Shown in pieces: positions 44,739 to 55,478 of a DNA stretch of 64,000 nt. The notes under the pieces were generated by a model. That model saw only the letters and a program-made list of their open reading frames with translations, had not been told where the DNA came from and searched no databases. How positions within the stretch are numbered: position 1 is the first letter of the stretch; each line of letters opens with the position of its first letter. Position numbers and translations under genes: made by a program. The stretch is from Histomonas meleagridis 2922-C6/04-290x (taxonomy: Eukaryota; Protista; Parabasalia). The stretch lies in contig JAANOX010000159.1 in assembly GCA_020184695.1 (NCBI GenBank), forward strand, positions 124,001 through 188,000. The letters are read 5' to 3'.

Positions 44739-44984
44739 TTAAGAGCAAATAATGGTTTCATAAAAATGTTCTCTTTATCAGAAGATTCTTCTACCTTTTA
44801 AATATAAAATTATATGCACAATCAATAATATTGATCAAGCTGCCCTAAAAAACCTTCTAACACAATTATAGAGCAAAATATTTATATTTTTAATTTTTAG
44901 AATTTAATTGAAAAAGTTATCCTTGTAAAAAAAATGAATACTCGGCTTATTAAAAAAGTGCATGAAATTATGAGTGATGAGGTT
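44739..44984. repeat. Duplicated, internally deleted copy of the 5' end and upstream region of the ankyrin gene at 36837
   Basis: Matches 36755-37120 except that 36811-36930, containing the ATG, is missing. Confidence 0.92.
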
Positions 44985-45082
44985 TGTAGATTTTTTTTTT
45001 AATTTCATTTTTGTTGTCCCATAATGAGAAAACACAAAATATTTCATTATATTAAAAAGTTAATTTATTAATATTATACGTT

Positions 45083-46658
45083 TTATATTTTATTAAATTT
45101 TCTCTTTATTGCTTCCATTATTTTTATGTAAAATGGAAATATTAAACCTAATACAAGGGATCCCAATGTTACCAACGTCTGCATTCCAAACAAAATGAAC
45201 ACAGCCACGATATGACTCGAAGTGAATTTTGCGATTTTCTGGTCAATTCGACTTGTGTATTTGACTGCATCTCTGTATGGATTAAACCATTTTTCCTTAA
45301 AGCAATCGATTGTACCATTAATATCTTTCACGACAATTGCATCGAAATCATTTTCTTCGATAATTTCTTCAATTTGTTGACAAAAACGTACAATTGTTTT
45401 AACGAAATTTTGTATTTCATTTAATTCATTTCCAATTTTTATATATTCTTCATAACTATCAATAAGTCTTTCGATGTCATCAATGTTTGGATTAATGTTT
45501 TGTGTCTCGAAAAACGAATAAACATTTTCATAATCAAATGGTCGAACATTCATAAGTTGTAACATTTTCCCGTTTGCAATGTTTTGGAATGGTTTTTGCG
45601 CATTATGGAATTCATGTGTCTTAAGTTTATATTCTTTTTGTAATTGTTTCATGTGTTGTTGAATGTTATCATTTAATGATCCCCAATTTGATATTTTATG
45701 TTCTTTTACATATTGTTGAATATGTTTTTGAAGTTTTTGATGAAGTTTTGTTATTGTTGAACTCGAAATGGAAAATATCGTTTGTTCTTCATTACATGTG
45801 TTAGGAATAATTCGGACGCCATATTTAACAATTGTTATGTTCGAATATTGTCCTATTCCATCATTAGCTTGTTTCATATATTTATATATTATTTCTTTAT
45901 GTTCATTAATGTCTTCAATGTTAATTTCGTTATGATATGTTATCGAATTACATTGTTCAATAAATGATTTGTAATATTCTTTAGTGTAATTAAAGATATA
46001 ATATGAAGAAAAATGTTTGTTAGAATGTATAAGTTTAAGATCAATTTTATTAAATAAATTTGTCGAAAGTGGATATGATTTAGGAATATATTCTTCGACA
46101 TCATCAATATGAATATATTTGTCATTAGGTTGAGTGAAATATATTATTAAAAACCCATTTCGATGAATGATTTTGTGCACTTTTTTGGAGATAACAAAAA
46201 ATTCTCTGAGTTTTTGATAGCCTTCTTTACTTTTAGCAAGTGTTTCATTCTCACTTTGAAGCTTATCAAAGATACTTGGCTCTTTAAATAAATAAGAAAA
46301 TTCTGCTATATTATCTGGATTATCAAATTCTGACGAAATGAAATTGTTATATATTGACTTTGCAATTGAATAATCTGTGCAAAGTTTGTATTGGACAAGT
46401 GATTGAGTTAATATATTTTCTGTTTGCTCAACAAATTTATTTCCATCATCAGGTTCAAAAATAGCTTTAAATCTGTTTTTTTGTTATATTTAATAAATAA
46501 ACTGGAATGGCTGGTAATCCAATATTATATTGTTTGTAAAATTCAATAGGAACTTTTTTATCTAATAAAAGTTTAGAATTAATAATTCCATCATTAGAAA
46601 TAATAGAAAGATTATCATTGGATATAACAGTTATTTCGAGTAAAGATAGAAGAAACAT
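45083..46658 (-). CDS. Type I membrane protein of unknown function, one gene split by a 1-nt excess in a T7/A7 run (46476-46482)
   Basis: Signal-like MFLLSLLEITVIS; removing one A joins ORF 46467-46658 to a stop-free frame running through 45083-46180 to a C-terminal TM. Confidence 0.7.
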
Positions 46659-46817
46659 TGTTCTTTTCTCCTTCTTGAGGTCGAATTACGCGAAAATTTT
46701 GGTGCATTGAATTTTGTGCGAAAACCGTTTTAAGCATCGGCACAAATTAAAAACCTCCGAATTACATTGAAAAGTGATTTATAAAAAAGTGTCTTCTTAA
46801 AAAACATTTATTACAAA

Positions 46818-49076
46818 TTAATTTACAGGAAATTCGACTGGTATAATAGAGTTTGAAAGTGTAATTGTAGGGTTATAGTTCTTTTTCATATTTGGATAAA
46901 TTATTGTCATTATTTGATGTTGAAGTGATTCTAAAGTTTCTTTTTCTTTTTCGTCAAAAGAAGTTACTGAATAAAGAGATGAAAGTGCATCCAAAATCCC
47001 AATATAACATTCTTCTTCTTCATCCCAATTCACATTTGTAGAAAGTTGATATAAGAACAAAGGCAAAGCATTATAACTTGGAACATAACCATTTAAAGCT
47101 AAAGGAAGTGAATAAAGTTTTCCTTCATGAATTGAAATGGAAAAATAATCCGATAATAGTGGCGCTCTTGTTTCTAATTGTTTTACAAGTTCTTCATCAT
47201 TTTCATTTCCACTTGTAATAATTTGAAGTGTTTCTAATATTGGAATTGGTGGATTAAATCTATATTGCGGAAGATTAGCAAACATATTTAAGAATTGTTG
47301 ATAAAAGAAATCTTTAAGAAGTGCGTAAAGATTTATCATATATAATGATTTCCCACTTTGAAGTAATAATATTCGTAATCCAATGAAACCTGTGAACGTT
47401 GAATCATGAAAGAATCGCTTAAGTCCTTCATCAAAATCAAGTGAAACTTTTTCTCGAAGGTTTTTAACACTTGAAAGTTGAACTGTTCGAAATGCTCGTT
47501 GAATAACAGTCTTAGCACCACCTGTGAGGACTTGTTCAATAGTTTGCGTATGTGGATCTAATGGAATTTTAGGTTTAATTGGTTCATATTTAAGGTCACT
47601 AAATAAACTAGATTTTGTTATTGTTGATTTTTGTGATTTTGCTTTTTTGGGTGATTGTGAATACATTACTTTTGGAATAATTTCTTCTGACTTTGTTTCT
47701 GCTTCATCATCTTCTATAAAATCCTCATTATTTGGTTCGGTTTTATTTGGTGAAGGAGGCATACTACTAAGAGGACTTTCATTTGATGAAATATTTGCAT
47801 TTTCATAATCATTTTGAATTGGAGAATGCATCGTTATATTAAAATCATTTCCATTATTATGTTCATAACTCTCATTATCATTTTTAATGAAACTTTCATT
47901 TGTGTTTTCGTGATAATTTTCAATATTTTGATCTTGAATTTCATTGTGATTATTATTAATTTCTGCATCTTCTTGGAAATCTAAAATAGATTTTTGTCCT
48001 TTTGGTATTTGCTGTGACGAATATTTTTGTGATCTTCTTTGTGTATTTAACATTTCTACTTCTCTAACATTTGATCTACTTTCTAGTTCTTCCTTAACTC
48101 TTTTACAAATTGAATCAACGATTTCTTTTTCATTTAGAAATCGAACTTCTTTTTTCGATGGATGAATATTTACATCTACTTCATTAGATGGTAAATTTAA
48201 TACGATAAAGAAAAATCCATGTAAACCTTTCGCTAGAACATCATTATAAACTAATTCTAATCCTCTTTTTATTTGTTTACAGGAAACAAGTCTTCCATTT
48301 ATAAAAATAGCAGAAGTATTTGGTGCTCGTGCATTACCTGGATGACTTAAAAATGCTTCAACATCAACTTTTGAATCAATTCCAAATGAAACACTAAAAA
48401 ATGCACCTTCATCTTCAATACAATATAAATTACGAATAACATTTTCAAATGTGGAGTTTCCATATGTTTTAACAAGTTCTTTTCCATTAGATGAAAAGCC
48501 AAATGCTATATACGGATAAACTATTGCATAACATCGAATCATTTGTGCTATCTTTTTAACTTCAACTGAATTCTTTGGATGTGAATTAAGTCTAATACTA
48601 TTATTATAGAATAAATCACGTACTTCAATAACAGTTCCATCTGTAGCATGTATCTGCTCAATTGGTTCTGATAATTCACCATCAAGATAATGTGCAATAA
48701 AACCTGTTTCAGAATTTTCTGTTTTTGTTATGATTGAAAGATGTGAACAACACGTCATCGAAAAAAGAGCTTCACCTCTAAATCCGAACGTTTGTATTTT
48801 CGATAAATCTGAAAAATCTCTGAGCTTGGAAGTAGTATGTCTTCGACATGCAAGAGGAAGTTCAGATTCTCTAATACCACATCCATTATCTGCGACTGAA
48901 ATTAATGTATAACCTCCATTTTGTACTTTAATTGTGATTGAATCAGAACCAGCATCAATTGCATTTTCAAGTAATTCTTTAACAACATTAAGAGGTTGAT
49001 GAATTACTTCTCCAGCTGCAATTCTTTGAATAACATCGTCATCAAGTTTAAGGATTTTTGGAGATTCTTCTTCCAT
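46818..49076 (-). CDS. MLH1: DNA mismatch repair protein MLH1 (MutL family)
   Basis: IAAGEVI, KELLENAIDAG, DNGCGI, HTTSKL, GFRGEAL, VDVNIHPSKKEV; MLH1-type C-terminal domain. Confidence 0.92.
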   Translation of the reverse strand: MEEESPKILKLDDDVIQRIAAGEVIHQPLNVVKELLENAIDAGSDSITIKVQNGGYTLISVADNGCGIRESELPLACRRHTTSKLRDFSDLSKIQTFGFRGEALFSMTCCSHLSIITKTENSETGFIAHYLDGELSEPIEQIHATDGTVIEVRDLFYNNSIRLNSHPKNSVEVKKIAQMIRCYAIVYPYIAFGFSSNGKELVKTYGNSTFENVIRNLYCIEDEGAFFSVSFGIDSKVDVEAFLSHPGNARAPNTSAIFINGRLVSCKQIKRGLELVYNDVLAKGLHGFFFIVLNLPSNEVDVNIHPSKKEVRFLNEKEIVDSICKRVKEELESRSNVREVEMLNTQRRSQKYSSQQIPKGQKSILDFQEDAEINNNHNEIQDQNIENYHENTNESFIKNDNESYEHNNGNDFNITMHSPIQNDYENANISSNESPLSSMPPSPNKTEPNNEDFIEDDEAETKSEEIIPKVMYSQSPKKAKSQKSTITKSSLFSDLKYEPIKPKIPLDPHTQTIEQVLTGGAKTVIQRAFRTVQLSSVKNLREKVSLDFDEGLKRFFHDSTFTGFIGLRILLLQSGKSLYMINLYALLKDFFYQQFLNMFANLPQYRFNPPIPILETLQIITSGNENDEELVKQLETRAPLLSDYFSISIHEGKLYSLPLALNGYVPSYNALPLFLYQLSTNVNWDEEEECYIGILDALSSLYSVTSFDEKEKETLESLQHQIMTIIYPNMKKNYNPTITLSNSIIPVEFPVN

Positions 49077-49194
49077 TTATTTAGGCGCCATAAATTTTTT
49101 TGTTTATCTTAAAATTGCGGGAAACTAAAGAATACTGTTTTTTGAAGAAAACCTAACAAGAAGAGAGGAATTAAGCTAAATAAAAAATATTTAT

Positions 49195-49596
49195 TTATTC
49201 TTCCTTCTTCTTTGTTTGTCCAAGAAGAACTTTATGGATATGTGGAACAACACCTGCTGATGCAATTGTAATATTAGAAAGAAGTTGATTTAATTCTTCA
49301 TCATTACGAATTGCAAGCATAATATGACGTGGTGAAATTCTAGTCTTCTTGTTATCACGAGCTGCATTTCCTGCAAGTTCTAAAACTTCAACTGTAAGAT
49401 ATTCAAGAACTGCTGCCATGAAAACTGGAGCGCCTGCACCAACACGATCTCCGTAACGACCTTCACGAAGGAAACGATGAAGACGACCAACTGGGAATTG
49501 AAGTCCTGCACGACTTGATCTTGTCTTTGGATGAGCACGTTCTCCATCAACTGCTGTCTTTGTAGCTGTTTTCTTAACACCTTTCTTGGCTGGCAT
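49195..49596 (-). CDS. H2A: Histone H2A
   Basis: [57 protein letters not shown]. Confidence 0.97.
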   Translation of the reverse strand: MPAKKGVKKTATKTAVDGERAHPKTRSSRAGLQFPVGRLHRFLREGRYGDRVGAGAPVFMAAVLEYLTVEVLELAGNAARDNKKTRISPRHIMLAIRNDEELNQLLSNITIASAGVVPHIHKVLLGQTKKKEE

Positions 49597-49880
49597 TTTA
49601 AAAAATGAGATGAAAAATTAATACCGCCATTTTAGACAAGTTTTTTATGCATAATAATTTTTATATTCAAAAATGTATGGCTCAAATAGGCAAAAGACTG
49701 AATAATTTTGTTGCAGCTTTACAAAACGTCCCTTTGAATTTTTTCCACTTTTTGATGATGTTTTTTCAAAGTGTTCAAACTGGATAAATATAGAAAAAGT
49801 TGTTTATTCTGATCGGTAAGTTTCACAATCGCTTGTGGGAAAATGAATTTGAATACTTTACAATCAATGTTCAAAGCAAA

Positions 49881-52355
49881 ATGAGTTCGAACAACAGGAC
49901 AATGCCAAAGAACATATATGATCTTGCTAGGATGTTTCCTAGTTTTGTAAGGGACGCCAATGATTTCAAATGTGATAAGCAAATTGGCAAGGGTGGCTTT
50001 GGAGTTGTATGGGTTGGAACTGATACAAAAACTGGTCAACGAGTAGCAGTCAAAGAAATTCTTGGGAAAGCCCTTGAAGGGAACAATCTTACAAGTTACA
50101 TAAGAGAAATTTATACACTATTAATTACCAATCATCCATTTATTGTTCATATGGTTGGTTTTTCAATAGATAGGCCCTATTCTATTATCACCAAATACAT
50201 GGGTGGTGGTTCACTTCGTGATCTTGTTTACTTTCAATCTAATCGAACACGTCGTCAAGTTTCACCAACACATTTAACCTGCATTATGTTATGTATTGCC
50301 TCTGCCATGGAAGAAATTCATGACAAAGGTCTTATACATCGTGATTTAAAATCAAGTAACATCTTACTTGATGAAAAATTATTACCAAGAATCATTGATT
50401 TTGGTATAGCTCGAACATGTAGCTCACGTATGTCCATGCGCTGTGGCACACGCGTTTATATGGCACCTGAAGTTGCATCAGGTCATGTCTATGATAACAA
50501 AGCCGATGTCTATTCCTTTGGTCTAGTTGTCTATGAGATGTGTGAAGGTCTTCCTCCATTTCGTAATTACGATTCTGAAGGATTCTTTGATCAATTAATT
50601 AGTGCGACATGCATTTTAGAATATAGCAAAAACACACCAAAAGAACTTAAAAAGCTAATTGAACAATGCACTAACTTCAAACCATATGACCGGCCATCAT
50701 TTAGTGAGATTGTTGAAATGATTGTTTCCGGTAAAGTGGTTTTCCCAAAAACCGATAAAAAGAAAGTCCAAAAAATGTATCAAAAGATCAAAGCTGAAAT
50801 GGAGAAACGCTCTGGCATACAGAAAGTTAACTCTGAGACATATATTGATGTTGAGTCATTAATTCAAAGATTACAAGAAGACTCTAGCGAAGGTAAAACA
50901 TTATCACCATCTGGATCATCACAGACATTATTTATCGAGAAATTAAGTGATCCGCATTACAACAAGTATAAGGAGACAGTGAAGAACTTATATTCGCAAC
51001 TTGATCAAAAGGATTCTAAACGAAGCGAATTATTACGTGCGTTAGTTAAAGCCACACAAGATGAAACGGCCACATATAATCAATTAGAGTTTATTGTTAA
51101 ATATATCCGAAAAATCCTTAAGAAATATCCCGAAGAAATCCCGGAGATAGTTAAGTTAAACTTTTATCAACATATGCCATTAACTACACCAATACTTAAG
51201 AGCGAAGGACTAAAATTATTTACGCAATTACTTCATAAGTTTAAAGATGTAATCTCATCATCATATTCACCACAAATCAGGAAACTTATTGAATATAATC
51301 CTCGAGCGATGTTATATTTATTATATTCTATTATCAAAGATCCTCCTGTGTTTAAAGAAGAATTTTGCCGTATTATTAATGAATATTATTTACAATCGGA
51401 TATGTATTTAAAGTCGAATTTATCCTCGCAATATATAATTATTATGTATTATGTTGTTGTAAATGTTGAAGAATTTATTGATTATACGTCTAAAGATGTC
51501 TTTAATTTATTCATTAAAAATATTAATCATAATAATCAACAAACATCGAAAATGGCGATACGTTCATTAAGTTATTTATATCAAAATTACTTTAACATTG
51601 ATTATGAAAACTTATTAATGAAATTATCGAATCCTTTATTAAAGAATGACATCATATCATTATTACTTCAAGCTCAAATATCAAAAGGTTCTCCACGTAT
51701 AGCTGCGGCACTTGTTGAGTTAGCTAAGGAATCACAAAAAGGATTTCATATCTTAATGAATTATGTTGACTTAAATGAATCCAATGCAATGTCTTTATTA
51801 AGTGTTAATGATTGGATGATTTATCCATTGCCAAAGATTTCGAACAACTTTAAATTAATTTTATTAATAGTATTATATCCACAAGTTCGTGCTACAATAC
51901 CACAACTTAATAATTTACCGAAATTGTTGGACTTGTTAATACAATCAAATAATGTCTTCATATTAAGTTCAATGACGACTTTGTTAAGAAGATTAAAGTT
52001 AACTCCTCAAACAATTAATATGATGAAGTTAAATGGATTCTTCCCTAAATATTTCGACGCTGTTAATAAAATTAATGACGTATATCTATATGAAAACGCT
52101 CTGATATTGATAGATTACTTGTCCCGTATCGCAAACGCGCCCGAAATGTTGAGCTTCATCCCAATAATTAAACACGTGCTAAGAAAATACCCGAACTTGA
52201 CAATATTCGCAGTGACTTTGGTGGTGGTAATGAGCGCTTGGCCTGAAAATAGGCAAACACTGAAAAATGAGTTCGGAAATTATTTCTTGGAATTAATGAA
52301 ATATCCGCAGTACGCACAATACGGTAAAAAGTTCTTCAAAAACGTAGGCGGGTAA
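49881..52355 (+). CDS. TKL-family protein kinase with C-terminal ARM-like region
   Basis: GKGGFG, VAVK, HRDLKSSN, DFG, APE, DVYSFG all intact; ATG at 49881. Confidence 0.9.
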   Translation: MSSNNRTMPKNIYDLARMFPSFVRDANDFKCDKQIGKGGFGVVWVGTDTKTGQRVAVKEILGKALEGNNLTSYIREIYTLLITNHPFIVHMVGFSIDRPYSIITKYMGGGSLRDLVYFQSNRTRRQVSPTHLTCIMLCIASAMEEIHDKGLIHRDLKSSNILLDEKLLPRIIDFGIARTCSSRMSMRCGTRVYMAPEVASGHVYDNKADVYSFGLVVYEMCEGLPPFRNYDSEGFFDQLISATCILEYSKNTPKELKKLIEQCTNFKPYDRPSFSEIVEMIVSGKVVFPKTDKKKVQKMYQKIKAEMEKRSGIQKVNSETYIDVESLIQRLQEDSSEGKTLSPSGSSQTLFIEKLSDPHYNKYKETVKNLYSQLDQKDSKRSELLRALVKATQDETATYNQLEFIVKYIRKILKKYPEEIPEIVKLNFYQHMPLTTPILKSEGLKLFTQLLHKFKDVISSSYSPQIRKLIEYNPRAMLYLLYSIIKDPPVFKEEFCRIINEYYLQSDMYLKSNLSSQYIIIMYYVVVNVEEFIDYTSKDVFNLFIKNINHNNQQTSKMAIRSLSYLYQNYFNIDYENLLMKLSNPLLKNDIISLLLQAQISKGSPRIAAALVELAKESQKGFHILMNYVDLNESNAMSLLSVNDWMIYPLPKISNNFKLILLIVLYPQVRATIPQLNNLPKLLDLLIQSNNVFILSSMTTLLRRLKLTPQTINMMKLNGFFPKYFDAVNKINDVYLYENALILIDYLSRIANAPEMLSFIPIIKHVLRKYPNLTIFAVTLVVVMSAWPENRQTLKNEFGNYFLELMKYPQYAQYGKKFFKNVGG

Positions 52356-52398
52356 TAATAAAAAGTGTCTGAATAAAATCTCGTTAAAGATTGAACAT

Positions 52399-52462
52399 GA
52401 AGTAATTTAACTATTTTTGTGTAACCATATTCAGCTGAACAAATAAGTTCTGTTCTAAACAT
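52399..52462 (-). pseudogene. Isolated ankyrin block fragment of the spacer-type family
   Basis: ttt aga / TELICSAEYGYTKIVKLL, with the same spacer 3' end (TTTAGA) as locus 1. Confidence 0.65.
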
Positions 52463-52925
52463 TATTATATCGTCGGTAACTTTATTGTTTTGTAGAAAGT
52501 GAAGTTTCCAAGAATTCTTGCTGATGTATTAATAATAGCACTATAGTGGACGAAAAAACCTCCATCTGCCAGAAAAAGTCCCGTCCACCAAATTTCAGCC
52601 AGTGGCAAAAAATCTCAATTGTATTGCAAAAAGTGATGTCACATTTTACTTCCATTCAATTTTAAAGTTCACTTATTCAAATGAAAATGTTTTTTAAAAC
52701 TTTTGCAAAATCAAAATAATTTTTTTGAATTTATGTTTTAATAAAAATTTCAAATCTCAACCTTAGTTATTCTGCTATTAATTCAGGCGAAACATTTGTT
52801 TTAATCAAATCAGTACTACAGCTTTATCCAACACACACACAGCACATCTCCACTGCGCTTCGCTCGGAGTGTGATATCGCTTTTCAGGTTCAAGATCGCT
52901 TCGCTCGATAAAATAAAAAAATAAT

Positions 52926-53301
<376 letters not shown>

Positions 53302-53345
53302 TAATCTCCGCTTCCAATTTTCAGTTTCTACTCAATTTGGTACTT

Positions 53346-53743
53346 GGGACCAAATATTATCGGAGACTTTAAATATTATAGATATTAACACTAAATCTTT
53401 AATGTTTATGATTGGTCCCACGGTATCACAGTCCCACAGTCCCAAGCACTTCCTTTTATAAAATGTCGGAGCTCTACTTTCTACATCTATTGTGTTATTC
53501 TAATTTAACGTATAATAATAAAAACTGAGTTGAAAAGTAGAAAGTAGACTTCTGACACTTCGCTCTTCAATACCTCTATTACTTTGGGACTTTGGTACCT
53601 ATCGTTGAATATATAGAACTCAGCTTTATTTATAGTGTTAATGAACCTCCGAAAATTCTCAGGTCCCAAGTCCCAAATTCGTAAAAATCTCAAAATTGTT
53701 CTACTTTCTACTTCGGAGAGAGTAGGAAATATGTGTTCCTACT
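53346..53743. repeat. Cluster of short inverted and direct repeats (GGGAC/GTCCC; CTACTTTCTAC/GTAGAAAGTAG)
   Basis: Motifs at 53346, 53415, 53431, 53439, 53474, 53537, 53586, 53663, 53670, 53701, and an AGTAGGAA/TTCCTACT pair at 53721/53736. Confidence 0.85.
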
Positions 53744-53873
53744 TTTTGTAAATCTTGGGGCCACATAAAATATACACCATATCATAGTATTTCTACAAAA
53801 ACACCATATAAAATTTTAAGTATATAATGCTTTTACATTAGCTGGTAAATCTTCATTACATATCAAATTTCAC

Positions 53874-54410
53874 GTGAAATCGGAGATCTCCGATAGCTTC
53901 AGCTGTCGCGGTAATATAGAATGTGATACTATTAATGGTATTGATTTCGATGAATTATCCGTGATAAGTAATGATATATTAAATATTAACAATAAATTAA
54001 AAGGTATCACTTTTAATAAGGATTATGTCGAAACAAATGAAGAGGAAGATATTTATGAAAAATATACTAATATTAATCAAGATTTAAAAGTTAATGGTAA
54101 TATAGAATTTGATTCTGTTAATAATATACCTATTGATAACTTTTCTTTAAAATAAATCATACTCATGATCAATATTTAACGAATGATAATCTAACTGATA
54201 TAAATAAGGCTTTAACAGGAATATCATATAATGAATATGGTGAATAGACTAAGATTGAAAAAAAAAATTTATTTCTTGGTAATGATATCTCATGTAGAAT
54301 ATTGTCAGCAAGTCGTAATATCAATATTGATTGTAGTAAATATCCAGATGATACAAATATTTATAAAGGATTATTTATATATGCTGAAAAAATATTCAAA
54401 ATAAATAAGT
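53874..54410 (+). pseudogene. Internally repeated ORF remnant, possibly a viral or Maverick structural (fibre-like) protein
   Basis: RGNIECDTINGIDFDELS resembles NGNIEFDSVNNIPIDNFS, and NINNKLKGITFN resembles DINKALTGISYN after a frameshift; origin is inferred. Confidence 0.35.
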
Positions 54411-54587
54411 AAATATTTGGAAAAATTGCTTATTTTATTGATTTTTACTCATTGCTGAAAATCAATGATAACATTAATCTTTACATTAAGGCGCTGAATT
54501 GAGCCCAAAAATTGCCAAAAATCAAGAAATAAATTAAATAAACATACTTTTTACGTGTAATCATTTTTTATTTAAAAAAAAATCCGT

Positions 54588-55478
54588 TCAATTGGCTGGC
54601 CCAAGTTGTTGAACAATCCATGGATGTTGTCGTACATCTTCGAGCGCAATTCTCTGGGTTGGATCATGTTGTAGGAAGCGAGTAATTAAATCGCGTGCTA
54701 ATGGCTTAACGAATGAAGGAAATCGAATATCAACGTTACAAATACGTCGACATGTATCCCTTTGACGATTCTCTTCGAATGGTGGTGCACCAACAAGGAA
54801 TTCGTAGAGAAGAATACCAAGGCTCCAAGTATCAACACTTGCGTCATGATCTTTGCCTTCGATCATTTCGGGTGGTAAATAGTCAAGAGTACCACAAAGA
54901 GTTGTTCTCCTTGATGATGGAGCATGAACTGACCATCCGAAATCTGCAATCTTTAATTCGCCATTTAATCCAACAAGAATATTTTCTGGCTTGATATCAC
55001 GATGGATTACATGCTTTGAGTGGCAATAGTTGATTGCATCACACATTTGCCATATGTAGTTGGCTGCTGTCTTTTCATCGAAGCGAATTTGATCTCGAAG
55101 AATCTTAAAAAGTTCACCACGAGCAGCATACTCGATAATGAGATAGATTCGTGTTTGATCATAAAAGTAACCATACATACGGATGATATGTGGATGACGG
55201 AGATGTGATTGAATTTCAATTTCACGACGAAGTTGATGTTCAATTGATGCCTTTTGAAGCTGCTTCTTGTTAAGAACTTTAAGGCCAACAATGAACTTTG
55301 ATTTCTTTTCTCTTGCAAGATAAACGCGTCCAAATTTTCCATTGCCTAATGGACGACCAATTTCGAAATCATCTAATGTCCACTTATGGACTTGTGGACG
55401 ATTTGATTGTGGAAGCCTCCTTGGCACTTTAGCAACCGGGCAATTTTCGTTTGGAATGTTTTCCCTCGAGCGAGACAT
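54588..55478 (-). CDS. AURK: Aurora family kinase
   Basis: [81 protein letters not shown]. Confidence 0.97.
   Translation of the reverse strand: MSRSRENIPNENCPVAKVPRRLPQSNRPQVHKWTLDDFEIGRPLGNGKFGRVYLAREKKSKFIVGLKVLNKKQLQKASIEHQLRREIEIQSHLRHPHIIRMYGYFYDQTRIYLIIEYAARGELFKILRDQIRFDEKTAANYIWQMCDAINYCHSKHVIHRDIKPENILVGLNGELKIADFGWSVHAPSSRRTTLCGTLDYLPPEMIEGKDHDASVDTWSLGILLYEFLVGAPPFEENRQRDTCRRICNVDIRFPSFVKPLARDLITRFLQHDPTQRIALEDVRQHPWIVQQLGPAN

Noticed and set aside
49195-49596. H2A variant (H2A.Z-like PHIH tail, no H2B partner alongside)
   Set aside because: The core and L1 loop are canonical-like and there is no SQ motif; the variant call is unsupported without a parabasalid alignment.
52856-52907. 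tRNA or SINE Pol III promoter (GGTTCAAGATC as a B-box)
   Set aside because: Poor B-box match, no A-box and no cloverleaf; no tRNA or rRNA gene was recognised in the window.
54588-54590. Genome-wide reassignment of UGA to Cys or Sec
   Set aside because: Aurora kinase terminates at TGA at a normal position, other in-frame TGAs replace Gly, Thr or Trp, and no SECIS-like element was recognised.
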